From the NCBI GenBank assembly GCA_949948745.1, contig CATLHA010000002.1, forward strand, positions 11,195-75,194: a stretch of DNA of 64,000 nucleotides, in the 5' to 3' direction. The position numbers and the translations under genes were made by a program. Source of the DNA: an uncultured Bacillales bacterium (GTDB lineage Bacteria > Bacillota_I > Bacilli_A > RF39 > UBA660). Shown here piece by piece: positions 18,119-28,174 of the stretch; positions within the stretch are counted from its first letter, which is position 1; each line of letters begins with the position of its first letter. The notes beneath the pieces were generated by a model. It made no database searches. It was not told where the DNA came from and saw nothing but the letters and a program-made list of their open reading frames with translations.

Positions 18119-20485
18119 TTATTTATCACGAACTACTGCTGGTAATTTATTTTCAACAGATTCGATAATTTGATTAAATATCTTCATTACTTCTTCATCA
18201 TTTAATGTACGTGTAGGATCTTGGAATGTTAAAGAGAATGCGATAGATTTTTCATCATTACCAACATTTTCACCTTCATATACATCGAATACTTGGGTAG
18301 AAGTTAATAACTTTCCACCTGCTTTTTTAATTACAGAACGAATCTCATCAGCAGTAATATTTTTCTTAACAACAAAGGCAACATCTTTTAATACACTTGG
18401 GTATTTTGTGATTTCTTTATATTGCATTTTCTTTGTACGGAAGCTAAGTAATGTTTCTAGGTTAATTTCCATTACAAAAATATTGTCTTTTATAATAGAA
18501 GGATGTACTTTTCCAATAACACCGATTTCAACATTATTTAAAATAATCTTCGCACTTTGTCCAGGATGAAGTTCATCAACTTCACTAGTTGGAACAATAC
18601 TGTAACGGTTTTGGTATCCTAAAGATTCTAATATTTCTTCTAAGATTCCCTTAATTACATAAAAGTCTACTACTTCTTTATGAAGTCCAACATTATAAAT
18701 TCCTGTCATAAGTACAGCCAAACGCTCTTCTTCATGATAAATTCCATCTTTTTTATAGAATCCTTTTCCAATTTCATAAATAGAGATATCTTTATAATTT
18801 CTTGCCTTATTGTATTTGAATACAGATAATAAAGACGGAATTAGACTATATCTTAAAGTGTTTCTATCTTCACTCATTGGATCTAGTACTTTTACCTTTT
18901 CAACATCCTTAACAGTTGTAAATTTTAGTCCATCAGACTCAGGAGTAAGCGCATAACTTAACGTTTCATTTAATCCTAAATCAGCTAGTTTATTTCTAAT
19001 ATAACGTTTCGTTCTATCTACAGTGCCAGGCATAACAGGAAGCATCATCGCTTTTCCTTCAATTTTATCAATACCATAAATTCTACCAACTTCTTCGATA
19101 ATATCTTCTGGAATTGAAATATCAGTTCTTCTAGTTGGAACAGTAATAGTTAAAACAGAATCTTTTTCTACTACTTCAAATTGTAAACGTTTTAAAATAT
19201 CAAGTATTTCTTCTTTTGTAATGGAAATACCAAGAACTTTATTAATCTTATCAATAGAAACAACTACTTCTTTTTCTTTAATTTCCATATTTTTATATTC
19301 CACCATGCCAGATACAATTTTGGCATCTGCATACTTTTCTAATAAGTGACAACTTCTCATCATTGCCATATAAGTTCTTTTTGGATCAAGACCTTTTTCA
19401 AAACGATTACTTGCTTCACTTCTTAATACTTTCTTACTTGTCTTACGAATGCATGTTGGATGGAAGATTGCGGATTCGATAATAATATTTTTTGTATCTT
19501 CTTCGATCTCAGTAGTTAAACCACCCATAACACCAGCAAGTCCAACTGCTTCTTTATCAGTCGCAATCACAATATCAGAAGAAGATAATACTCTTTCTTG
19601 ACTATCTAGTGTTGTTAATTTTTCATCGTCTTTCGCCATACGAACGATTAATTTATCTCCTAATCGATCGGCATCATAATAATGAAGAGGCTGCCCTGTT
19701 TCTAACATAACATAGTTTGAAATATCAACTACATTATTAATTGGACGAATTCCAGATGCCATTAAGCGATTTTTAATAAATTCAGGACTTTCTTTAATTG
19801 TCACATCTACTACTTTTTTAGCTAAGAATAAAGGACAATTTTCAGTTTGTATATCAAGAATAAATTTACCATCAATAGATTCTTTTTCTTCTTTAAATGA
19901 TAAATCAATATCTCCTACTTCTTTTCCATAAATAGCCCCAATTTCATAAGCCATTCCTAAAATACTTAAAAGGTCTCCTCTATTAGAAGTTAATTCAAAG
20001 TCGATAACTTCATCATCAAGTCCCATAAATTGAATAGCATCCTCTCCAACAGGAGCATCACTAGGTAATTCATGAATTCCATTGATATCTTTTTCAGTTA
20101 AGAATTTATGTTCTAAACCAAGTTCAGAAATAGCGCAAAGCATTCCATTAGATTCTTGACCACGAATAGTTCCTTTTTTAATAACACCACCAGGAAGGGT
20201 TGTACCATCTGTTGCGACGATTACTTTAATTCCTGTACGAACATTAGGAGCACCACATACAATTTGTAGTACTTCACTACCAATATTTACTTTACATACA
20301 TGAAGATGATCACTATCTGGATGATCGATACATTCTACTACTTCACCAATAATTAATTTAGAAGTTGGAATTAGCTTTTCACAAGAGTCGTATTCATTTC
20401 CAACGTTAGTCATATCATCAGCTAAAGTCTTAGTATCAACATCGATTGATACATAATCACTAACAAATTTTCTACTTAATTTCAT
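18119..20485 (-). CDS. pheT: phenylalanine--tRNA ligase beta subunit
   Basis: tRNA-binding, B3/4 and B5 domain architecture, ~790 aa; start at MKLSRKF after SD AAAGGATGAGG. Confidence 0.9.
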   Translation of the reverse strand: MKLSRKFVSDYVSIDVDTKTLADDMTNVGNEYDSCEKLIPTSKLIIGEVVECIDHPDSDHLHVCKVNIGSEVLQIVCGAPNVRTGIKVIVATDGTTLPGGVIKKGTIRGQESNGMLCAISELGLEHKFLTEKDINGIHELPSDAPVGEDAIQFMGLDDEVIDFELTSNRGDLLSILGMAYEIGAIYGKEVGDIDLSFKEEKESIDGKFILDIQTENCPLFLAKKVVDVTIKESPEFIKNRLMASGIRPINNVVDISNYVMLETGQPLHYYDADRLGDKLIVRMAKDDEKLTTLDSQERVLSSSDIVIATDKEAVGLAGVMGGLTTEIEEDTKNIIIESAIFHPTCIRKTSKKVLRSEASNRFEKGLDPKRTYMAMMRSCHLLEKYADAKIVSGMVEYKNMEIKEKEVVVSIDKINKVLGISITKEEILDILKRLQFEVVEKDSVLTITVPTRRTDISIPEDIIEEVGRIYGIDKIEGKAMMLPVMPGTVDRTKRYIRNKLADLGLNETLSYALTPESDGLKFTTVKDVEKVKVLDPMSEDRNTLRYSLIPSLLSVFKYNKARNYKDISIYEIGKGFYKKDGIYHEEERLAVLMTGIYNVGLHKEVVDFYVIKGILEEILESLGYQNRYSIVPTSEVDELHPGQSAKIILNNVEIGVIGKVHPSIIKDNIFVMEINLETLLSFRTKKMQYKEITKYPSVLKDVAFVVKKNITADEIRSVIKKAGGKLLTSTQVFDVYEGENVGNDEKSIAFSLTFQDPTRTLNDEEVMKIFNQIIESVENKLPAVVRDK

Positions 20486-21530
20486 TTTCCTCATCCTTTC
20501 TATCAAATTGTTCTAAGAAACGGATATCATTTGTATATAAATAACGAATATCAGGAATTTCATAACGGAACATAGCTAATCTATCTAAACCAGTTCCAAA
20601 AGCAAATCCTGTCCAAACTTTAGGATCATATCCACCCATTTCTAATACATTAGGATGAACCATACCTGCACCTAATAATTCAATCCATCCTGTTTGTTTA
20701 CATAAAGGACATCCCTTACCACCACATTTAAAGCATGTAACATCAACTTCAACACTTGGCTCTGTAAATGGGAAGAAACTTGGACGAAAACGAACATGAG
20801 TATTTTCACCTAACATCTTTTTCGCAAATAACTCTAAAGTTCCTTTTAGATCTGCTAAAGAAACATCTTTATCAACAACCAATCCTTCTACTTGTCCAAA
20901 TTGATGAGAATGAGTAGCATCATCATCCCTACGATATACTTTACCAGGACAAATCATACGGATTGCTGTTTTATCTTTATTTGCTTGCATAGTTCTTGCT
21001 TGAACACTAGAAGTTTGTGTACGAAGTAAGTATTCTGGATCAATATAGAAGGTATCTTGTGCATCTCTTGCTGGATGTCCTAAAGGTACATTTAATCTTT
21101 GGAAACAATTTTCATCTGTTTCAAGTTCTGGTCCATCTACTACATCATATCCCATAGAAACAAAGAAATCTTCAACATCTTCAATAATTCTTTGGAATGG
21201 ATGACGAGAACCTCTTTTTAACTTTTTACTAGGTAAACTTAAGTCAATTCTTTCTGACTCTAATTTTTCATTTAATTCTTTTATCTTTAGTTCTTCTTCC
21301 AATTCAGAAATTTTTGTAGTTACTTCTACTTTGATTTCATTAGAAACACGTCCTACTTCTTTCTTTTCTTCGATAGAAAGTTCTTTCATATTACTAGTAA
21401 GTCCTGTAACAAGACCTTTTTTTCCGAAATATTTTACTTTTAATTCTTGACAGTCTTTACTAGATGTAACATTCTTAATATCTTCTTCTAAAGACTCTCT
21501 AATTATTTTTACTTTTTCTGTTATATTCAT
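20472..21530 (-). CDS. pheS: phenylalanine--tRNA ligase alpha subunit
   Basis: Class II aaRS motifs. The start is placed at MNITEK (ATG 21530, SD AAAGGA) because the track's 5' extension would run through the T-box terminator. Confidence 0.9.
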   Translation of the reverse strand: MNITEKVKIIRESLEEDIKNVTSSKDCQELKVKYFGKKGLVTGLTSNMKELSIEEKKEVGRVSNEIKVEVTTKISELEEELKIKELNEKLESERIDLSLPSKKLKRGSRHPFQRIIEDVEDFFVSMGYDVVDGPELETDENCFQRLNVPLGHPARDAQDTFYIDPEYLLRTQTSSVQARTMQANKDKTAIRMICPGKVYRRDDDATHSHQFGQVEGLVVDKDVSLADLKGTLELFAKKMLGENTHVRFRPSFFPFTEPSVEVDVTCFKCGGKGCPLCKQTGWIELLGAGMVHPNVLEMGGYDPKVWTGFAFGTGLDRLAMFRYEIPDIRYLYTNDIRFLEQFDRKDEENEIK

Positions 21531-21555
21531 AAAAATCATCCTTTCTAACATAGTA

Positions 21556-21790
21556 GTTTGAGCATGAAAAAACGACAACTCACACCTAAGGGCGAATTGT
21601 CGCGGTACCACCTTATTTATAGATTTCTCTATATCTCTAATTTCTTAACGCGAAATATACGCTTAGCTTTTTACTAAGAACTCCAAAGGTGAATTCTTAA
21701 GAACTATCTTCCTTGTTTTCACCAACCACAAGGTCTCTAATAAGATATTTTTCTTAGTACTACTCCTTTATCCAAGTCAAACTCAATATG
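21556..21790 (-). promoter_or_regulatory. T-box riboswitch leader with Phe (UUC) specifier, upstream of pheST
   Basis: Minus strand shows AGAGA box, specifier context GAAUUCACC, T-box sequence AAGGUGGUACCGCG, then terminator CGACAA...UUGUCG plus U6 (21567-21602). Confidence 0.85.
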
Positions 21791-21795
21791 ACTTG

Positions 21796-21824
21796 ATTAT
21801 ACTCTAATTTATGAAAATTGTAAA
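21796..21824 (-). promoter_or_regulatory. sigma-A promoter TTTACA-17-TATAAT driving the T-box/pheST transcript
   Basis: Perfect -10 and near-consensus -35 with a 17-nt spacer on the minus strand. Confidence 0.6.
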
Positions 21825-21851
21825 GTTATACTATAAATTTTATAATTTTTC

Positions 21852-22823
21852 CTACTTCGATACAACACTCTTACATGACTCATTATGAAAAACCTGTAAA
21901 AGATTTTCTATACACATATTTTGAACTCTAGTAGTTCCTTCTACTGCATTATATCCAGTATGAGGAGTTAAAGTAAATTTTCCTACTGGCAAAGTCAAAA
22001 GTTTTGCTTCACTCGTACTTAAATCAACTGGTTCTTGATAAAACCCATCATAAGCACATCCAGCAATTTTATCATTTTTAAGTACATCATATAAAGCCTC
22101 TGCATCTACTACTTCAGCTCTTGCTGTATTAATTAAATAAGCATGCTTCTTCATCAAACTTAATTCTTTTTCACCAATTAAATTACGAGTACTATCGTTT
22201 AAAGGTATATGTAAGGAAACAACATCTGAATCTTTAAAAAGTTCTTCTAAAGATACACGTTTGGCTTGATATTTTTCTTCCTCTTCTTTTCTTTCTTCAA
22301 TATCATAATAAAGAATTTGATTTCCAAAAGCATGATACATAATCTGCGCCACATATTTACCTATATGCCCCATTCCAACAATTCCAATTACTTTATCTTT
22401 TAAATCAAAAAAAGTTTTTTCTACCCAATCACCATTCCTTGAATTATAATCATGAACTAATAATTTTTGGTTCAAAGTTAAAATAAGCCCCAAAGTGAAC
22501 TCTGCTACAGAATAGGAATTAACTTTAGGTGTATTTAAAACAATCTTTCCATATTTTTTAGCTGTCTCTAAATCAACACATTTAGAATAACCAATTCCAA
22601 AGAATTGAATAAATTTAAGTCTTTCACATTGGCTTAAAATAGAATCACTATAATATTCTTCTCCATTACAAATAACTGCATCACAATCTTGTAAAGACGC
22701 AATAAGTTCTTCATCAGTCAAATTCTTCTCTGCTGGAATAATTTCAAGACCTTTTTCTTTTAATTCATTAATTTTATCATGATCAAATGTACATCCTGTA
22801 AATAAAACTCTATAATTATTCAT
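21852..22823 (-). CDS. D-isomer-specific 2-hydroxyacid dehydrogenase (NAD-dependent)
   Basis: GIVGMGHIGKYVA, NTARAEVVD, EP and TPH motifs; start at MNNYRV after GGAGG. Confidence 0.75.
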   Translation of the reverse strand: MNNYRVLFTGCTFDHDKINELKEKGLEIIPAEKNLTDEELIASLQDCDAVICNGEEYYSDSILSQCERLKFIQFFGIGYSKCVDLETAKKYGKIVLNTPKVNSYSVAEFTLGLILTLNQKLLVHDYNSRNGDWVEKTFFDLKDKVIGIVGMGHIGKYVAQIMYHAFGNQILYYDIEERKEEEEKYQAKRVSLEELFKDSDVVSLHIPLNDSTRNLIGEKELSLMKKHAYLINTARAEVVDAEALYDVLKNDKIAGCAYDGFYQEPVDLSTSEAKLLTLPVGKFTLTPHTGYNAVEGTTRVQNMCIENLLQVFHNESCKSVVSK

Positions 22824-22883
22824 AAAAACCTCCATAAAAATATATTTTAAGTATAAAGTATATAAAACTTAAAATCAAGAAAA

Positions 22884-22906
22884 GAAAGTAACTACTAATT
22901 ACTTTC
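22884..22906 (-). terminator. intrinsic terminator enclosing the stop codon of the 84-aa gene
   Basis: GAAAGTAA-7-TTACTTTC hairpin plus a T-run on the minus strand. Confidence 0.5.
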
Positions 22907-23146
22907 TTTTAATCTACTACTAAAATATTTTTCCAATTCTCTTAATAAATTAGAATCTCCCACTGGAACCAAATTTTGATTATCTTCTAAACAAAAAATA
23001 GCTACAACATTACTTAAATTACCAAGAGTATCTAAGCGATTTGCCAAATAATAAGCCTTTCCCTGACAATTTCCCTGATCAATAATCATATATTTACTTC
23101 CATCTTCTAAAGCAAAGATAAAGTCAATTTTATTTTCAAGATTCAT
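22895..23146 (-). CDS. hypothetical protein (~84 aa)
   Basis: ORF; start at MNLENK overlaps the upstream TGA stop. Confidence 0.4.
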   Translation of the reverse strand: MNLENKIDFIFALEDGSKYMIIDQGNCQGKAYYLANRLDTLGNLSNVVAIFCLEDNQNLVPVGDSNLLRELEKYFSSRLKESN

Positions 23147-23888
23147 GAGCATTTCCCTCCTGATTATTAGATTGAAGCATTTCAATAGCTCCGTTTTGTG
23201 TAACGGTTTCAACTACTGTTTTCCCATTCACATAACCAACAACCGTTTCTCCTTTAAGTAATGGAAAAACAAGTTCTTCAGCTAAAATTGATGGATTATT
23301 AAAATCCTCAACTTTAACAAATGTATCATTCATTAATCTTTCAGGGTAACCTAAAATAGAACCTGAAAAATCAAAATTAGTAACTACATTTTCCTGTTTC
23401 AATGCATCAATTTGACTTTCATAAACAGAAACTATAGAATCACCGTCCATAGAAATTATCATATCTTCATAATGAATACGATTTATGACACTTTCAAAAT
23501 TAAAAGAAACTTTTTCCCAAACAGGATTAATTATTGAAGTATTTTCATCCATTTCTACTTGTGACACTTCATCTACTGGCATCCAGATACTATTTGTAAC
23601 ATCTTTTGGAGGATAAATTCCATGATATGTTTCCCCAGTATAATTCCAATAAGGAACATCTTCTTGAATATTCTCATTTTTTGATTCTTGATTTAGATTA
23701 TCTTCTTTTGTCACTATTTCTTGATTTAAATCTACATTTTCTCCTAGTACCACATCAGATAGAAATGACCCAAGTTTTTCTATACGACTCATCTTTTGGT
23801 TCTTCTGCTCAGGAGTAGCCTCTATTACAGAAACCAATCTACCTGTCTTTTCTTCCAATTGATAAGTTTGATTATCTTGATTTATCAT
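23136..23888 (-). CDS. hypothetical protein (250 aa)
   Basis: ORF with a TGA stop. Confidence 0.5.
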   Translation of the reverse strand: MINQDNQTYQLEEKTGRLVSVIEATPEQKNQKMSRIEKLGSFLSDVVLGENVDLNQEIVTKEDNLNQESKNENIQEDVPYWNYTGETYHGIYPPKDVTNSIWMPVDEVSQVEMDENTSIINPVWEKVSFNFESVINRIHYEDMIISMDGDSIVSVYESQIDALKQENVVTNFDFSGSILGYPERLMNDTFVKVEDFNNPSILAEELVFPLLKGETVVGYVNGKTVVETVTQNGAIEMLQSNNQEGNAHES

Positions 23889-23908
23889 ATTTTCACCCCA
23901 ATTTTTGA

Positions 23909-24454
23909 CTATACAGTCATTAATTCTTCTTCTTTTTCTTTTGCCTTTTCATCAATTAGTTTATTATATTTATTCACTAAATCCTGTACTTGATTCGTCA
24001 AAGATTTTTGCTCATCTTCACTTACTTCCATTTTATCGATTTCTTCAATCCCATCATGACGAATGTTACGAATAGCGATTTTTCCCTCTTCTCCCATAGC
24101 CTTAACTTGTTTTACTAATTCTTTTCTTCTATCTTCTGTTAAGACAGGAATAATAATACGAATTGTTTCTCCATCATTATTAGGCGTATATCCTAAATTT
24201 GATTCAAAAATAGCCTTTTCAATCCCAGCCAAACAACCACGATCAAATGGCTTAATCAATAATTGTCTTGCTTCAGGAACTGAAATAGTTGCCAATTGTT
24301 TTAATGGTGTTGGAGTACCATAATACTCTACTGTAATTCCATCTAAACTACTTGGATTAGCACGACCAGCACGTACAGTTGCAAATCTCTTTTCCAAATT
24401 CTCAATTGCTTTTAGCAATCTTTCTTCTACTGATTCAATAATATTTGTATCCAT
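23909..24454 (-). CDS. frr: ribosome recycling factor
   Basis: Typical RRF sequence (…VRAGRANPSSLDGITVEYYG…); 181 aa. Confidence 0.9.
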   Translation of the reverse strand: MDTNIIESVEERLLKAIENLEKRFATVRAGRANPSSLDGITVEYYGTPTPLKQLATISVPEARQLLIKPFDRGCLAGIEKAIFESNLGYTPNNDGETIRIIIPVLTEDRRKELVKQVKAMGEEGKIAIRNIRHDGIEEIDKMEVSEDEQKSLTNQVQDLVNKYNKLIDEKAKEKEEELMTV

Positions 24455-24603
24455 AATTTCCTTCCTTTATCTATATTATATATTTATTATATTATAAAAA
24501 GAAAATTATGGAAAGACTTTTTCAAGATAATATTTGTATTTAAGAAAGAAACATGTTATTATAAAAAGCAATAAATTATAAGCATGAAAAGGAAAGAACA
24601 AGC

Positions 24604-25512
24604 ATGAATCAATTAAAAAAAGATTTAGAAATGGTATCTACTCTTCTAGATGGTAAGAAATTAACTATAGATGAAAAAAAATATCATGGAAAAATTTATT
24701 TAGCACAAACAGAAAATTCAAAAAAATTATATAGAGATTTATCAGAAAATTGGACAAATAGTCTCTTCATTGGTGGTAGTGGTGATCAACCTATTAATAG
24801 TATCTTATATGGTTGTAAAAATTTGATAATTACTGATATTAATCATAACGCAATCTACTTCATTTTATTAAAAATTGCAGCAATTCAAGCTTTAGATTAT
24901 GAAGAGTTCTTATCATTTTTCTTGATTCATTTTCATGCAAATAATGAATTTAAAAAAATAAAAGATTTCTTAGATAAAAGAACATATTATTTTTGGAAAA
25001 CTGTGTTTACAAGTTATAAAGAATCCATAATAAGAGAACAGTTATTTTTTGAATTAGATGGAAACTCAAATCGATATATGGAACGAATTGTTATTAATAA
25101 AAATCCATATTTAAATGAAAATTCATATAGAAAATTAAAAGAAGAAATAAAAAAAGTTAATATTGAAGTAAATTTTCTTAACATACAAGATTTATCAAAA
25201 AAATTGAAAATAAACTTCTTCGATAAAATATATTTATCTAATATAATATTAAGCATGGGATTAACATTAGAAGAATATTGGGAATTCCTACAACAAGACA
25301 TCATACCACTATTAAATGACTATGGAGAATTAATGGCAGGATATTTTAATTTAACAGGCTATGAATATGCAAATTTATCCAATTTAGGAACCACAGATGA
25401 AATAATTTATTTTTTTAAACAAAAAGACTTTAAACAACATTTAATCTTTGATGATGAAATAAGACAATTAAATTCAGCACTTGTTTACCAAAAAACAAAG
25501 AAAAAAGGATAA
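24604..25512 (+). CDS. DUF3419/BtaA-like class I SAM-dependent methyltransferase-fold protein
   Basis: The only plus-strand gene. Motif I-like FIGGSGDQ with acidic LIITDIN; DKIYLSNII resembles the DUF3419 C-terminal region. Confidence 0.4.
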   Translation: MNQLKKDLEMVSTLLDGKKLTIDEKKYHGKIYLAQTENSKKLYRDLSENWTNSLFIGGSGDQPINSILYGCKNLIITDINHNAIYFILLKIAAIQALDYEEFLSFFLIHFHANNEFKKIKDFLDKRTYYFWKTVFTSYKESIIREQLFFELDGNSNRYMERIVINKNPYLNENSYRKLKEEIKKVNIEVNFLNIQDLSKKLKINFFDKIYLSNIILSMGLTLEEYWEFLQQDIIPLLNDYGELMAGYFNLTGYEYANLSNLGTTDEIIYFFKQKDFKQHLIFDDEIRQLNSALVYQKTKKKG

Positions 25513-25530
25513 TCAATTTGATTATCCTTT
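25504..25530. terminator. palindromic bidirectional terminator shared by the convergent plus-strand gene and tsf
   Basis: AAAGGATAATCA-ATTT-GATTATCCTTT. Both stop codons (25510-25512 and 25522-25524) lie inside the arms. Confidence 0.55.
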
Positions 25531-26397
25531 AATTTGACTCATTACTTCTTCAGCAAAGTTTTCTTGTTTCTTTTCGATTCCTTCTCCTACTTCATAACGA
25601 ATCATTTGTAGGATTTCTCCACCGTTAGATTGAACAAACTTACCAACTGTTTCTTTATCTTCTGCTTTAATAAAGATCTGATCTACTAAACAAATATCTT
25701 GATAATATTTATTTACTTTACCAACTAAGATTTGTTCAACACGATCTTCAGGTTTTCCTTCTTTTAATAATTGTTCTTTCATAACAGCTTTTTCACGCTC
25801 TAAAACTTCAGTAGGTACATCTTTAGAAGTTAAATAAGCTGGTTTCATAGCAGCTACATGCATAGCTACATCTTTTGCAACTTCTTCATTTGCTCCTTCT
25901 AATAATACTAAAGTACCAATTTTTCCTCCCATATGAGAGTAAGCTCCAAAAACTTGTGAATCTGTTTTAACAACTCTTTCAAACCTTCTAAATGATAACT
26001 TTTCTCCAATTTTAGCAACTGTTGCAGCCACCATATCGCTAACAGTTCCTTCTTCAGTAGAAAGTACTAATGCTTCATCCATAGTAGATACTTCACTATT
26101 TAAAATAAGATCTGTTAATTTACTAACAAAAGTTTGGAATTCAGCATTTTTAGCAACAAAGTCAGTTTCAGAATTTACTTCTAATATTACTGCCTTGTTT
26201 CCTTCAATTTTAATACTTGTAATTCCTTCAGCAGCAATTCTAGAATTCTTCTTTTCTGCTTTTGCCATTCCATTTTCTCTTAGCCAATCAATGGCCTTAT
26301 CCATATCACCTTCAGATGCTTGTAAAGCTTTTTTACAATCCATCATTCCAGCTCCAGTTCTTTCTCTTAATTCTTTTACATCGCTTGCGCTAAACAT
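25522..26397 (-). CDS. tsf: elongation factor Ts
   Basis: N-terminus MFSASDVKELRERTGAGMMDCKKAL. Confidence 0.9.
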   Translation of the reverse strand: MFSASDVKELRERTGAGMMDCKKALQASEGDMDKAIDWLRENGMAKAEKKNSRIAAEGITSIKIEGNKAVILEVNSETDFVAKNAEFQTFVSKLTDLILNSEVSTMDEALVLSTEEGTVSDMVAATVAKIGEKLSFRRFERVVKTDSQVFGAYSHMGGKIGTLVLLEGANEEVAKDVAMHVAAMKPAYLTSKDVPTEVLEREKAVMKEQLLKEGKPEDRVEQILVGKVNKYYQDICLVDQIFIKAEDKETVGKFVQSNGGEILQMIRYEVGEGIEKKQENFAEEVMSQIKG

Positions 26398-26415
26398 ATT
26401 TTTCCTCCTAGAATT

Positions 26416-27321
26416 TTATTTTAAAGCTTCAAGTAATTCAGCTTTTTTCATTGAAGTATATCCTTCAACTCCTGCTTCTTTTGCCATTGCTTTTAATTCA
26501 GCAACTGATTTTTTTGATAAATCTTCTTCTGTTGTTTCTTCAGTAAATACTTCTTCTACTTTTTCAGTTGATTTATTTTCTTTCTTTTCTTTCTTAGCTG
26601 CTTTTGATTTATCATCCTCTGTTAAATAATCAATTACTTCATTTCCGTTAACTTCAGCAATAGCATTAGTTAAAGCACCAATCATTAATTTAACACTTCT
26701 AACAGCATCATCATTTCCAGGAATAACATAGTCAACCATATCTGGATCACAGTTAGTATCAACTACACCAAATACTGGAATTCCTAAAATTCTAGCTTCC
26801 TTAATTGCGATTTCTTCTTTTCTAGGATCTACGATAATTAAAGCCTCAGGAACTTTCTTCATATCGCGAATACCACGTAAATTTTTATTTAATTTTTCAT
26901 ATTCTTTCTTAATTTGAATTACTTCTTTTTTAGGTAATACTTCGAAAACACCATCTTTTTCCATTTTTTCGATGTCTTCCATTCTCTTAATTCTAGTACG
27001 AATTGTTTTAAAGTTAGTTAATGTACCACCTAACCATCTTTCATTAATGAAATACATATTAGTTCTAGTTGCATTCTCTTCTGCTGCTTCTTGTGCTTGT
27101 TTCTTAGTACCTACATAAAGTACCTTTCCACCATTTTCAGCGATTTCTTTTAAAGCCTTATAAGCTTCTTCAATCTTCTTTGCTGTTTTTTGTAAATCGA
27201 TAATATAAATATCATCACGAGTTGTGAAGATGTATTCCTTCATCTTTGGATTCCATCTTCTTTTTTGGTGTCCAAAATGAACACCTGCTTCTAATAAATA
27301 ATTCATTGAAACTACTGTCAT
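26416..27321 (-). CDS. rpsB: 30S ribosomal protein S2 with C-terminal Rho_N-like extension
   Basis: Typical S2 core; the tail …[30 protein letters not shown] matches the Rho N-terminal (SAP-like) helix-hairpin motif. Confidence 0.85.
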   Translation of the reverse strand: MTVVSMNYLLEAGVHFGHQKRRWNPKMKEYIFTTRDDIYIIDLQKTAKKIEEAYKALKEIAENGGKVLYVGTKKQAQEAAEENATRTNMYFINERWLGGTLTNFKTIRTRIKRMEDIEKMEKDGVFEVLPKKEVIQIKKEYEKLNKNLRGIRDMKKVPEALIIVDPRKEEIAIKEARILGIPVFGVVDTNCDPDMVDYVIPGNDDAVRSVKLMIGALTNAIAEVNGNEVIDYLTEDDKSKAAKKEKKENKSTEKVEEVFTEETTEEDLSKKSVAELKAMAKEAGVEGYTSMKKAELLEALK

Positions 27322-27407
27322 AATTTTCTTCCTTTCGTTTTTACCTTCTATTAATTTCTAAAATCTATCACCATTTAGGCACTCGATAGATCAATTCACT
27401 AATATGA

Positions 27408-27947
27408 TTATTTTTCTAAAGCAGCTACTAATTCCGCCTTTTTCATTGAAGTATATCCTTCAATTCCTGCATCTTTCGCCATAGCTTTTAAATCAGCTAC
27501 AGTCATTTTAGAGAAATCTTTTGTTTCTTCTTTCTTTGTTTCCTTTACTTCAGCTTTAGCTTCTGTTTTTTTACTAGCTACAGCACTATTAGAAACTTTT
27601 CCAGCTTTTGCAATTTCTACTAATTCACTGAATGCTTTTTCATCATTAATTGCGATTTCACTTAACATTTTTCTGTTGATTTCAACACCAGCTTTTGTTA
27701 GACCATCAATAAATCTAGAATAACTAATGTCATTCATTCTACATGCTGCGTTAATTCTAGCAATCCACAATTTTCTGAAATCTCTTTTCTTTTGTTTTCT
27801 ATCTCTAAAAGCATATTGTCCAGAATGCATTAATTGTTCTTTTGCTGTTTTATATAATCTATGTTTGCTTCCGAAATACCCCTTAGCTTGTTTTAATACT
27901 TTTTTATGACGAGCCTTAGTTGTAGCTCCATTTTTAACTCTTGCCAT
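27408..27947 (-). CDS. rplT: 50S ribosomal protein L20 with C-terminal Rho_N-like extension
   Basis: L20 core ([19 protein letters not shown]…) followed by a ~60-aa tail ending [32 protein letters not shown]. Confidence 0.85.
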   Translation of the reverse strand: MARVKNGATTKARHKKVLKQAKGYFGSKHRLYKTAKEQLMHSGQYAFRDRKQKKRDFRKLWIARINAACRMNDISYSRFIDGLTKAGVEINRKMLSEIAINDEKAFSELVEIAKAGKVSNSAVASKKTEAKAEVKETKKEETKDFSKMTVADLKAMAKDAGIEGYTSMKKAELVAALEK

Positions 27948-27976
27948 CTTCTTCTTCCTCCTTCTTACTTATGGGA

Positions 27977-28165
27977 TTAAATGATATTTTTAAATCTTTT
28001 AGCATCCCCACTGCTTAAACGAACACTCTTTCTTTTTTTTCTGTTATAAGCTGCGCTCTTGCTTCCTGTGTTATGTCTAGAACCTGGATGACCCATTGTA
28101 ACAGTTCCGCTTTTTCTTACGTTCAATACTTTTTTAGTTCCTTTATGAGTTTTTAACTTTCCCAT
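27977..28165 (-). CDS. rpmI: 50S ribosomal protein L35
   Basis: 62 aa basic protein MGKLKTHKGTKK…. Confidence 0.85.
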   Translation of the reverse strand: MGKLKTHKGTKKVLNVRKSGTVTMGHPGSRHNTGSKSAAYNRKKRKSVRLSSGDAKRFKNII

Positions 28166-28174
28166 TTTGTCCTC

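Noticed and set aside
21531-21611. 5' extension of pheS (track start MVPRQFALR…)
   Set aside because: The extension runs through the T-box terminator and T-box sequence and starts at a non-ATG codon. The true start with an SD is ATG 21530.
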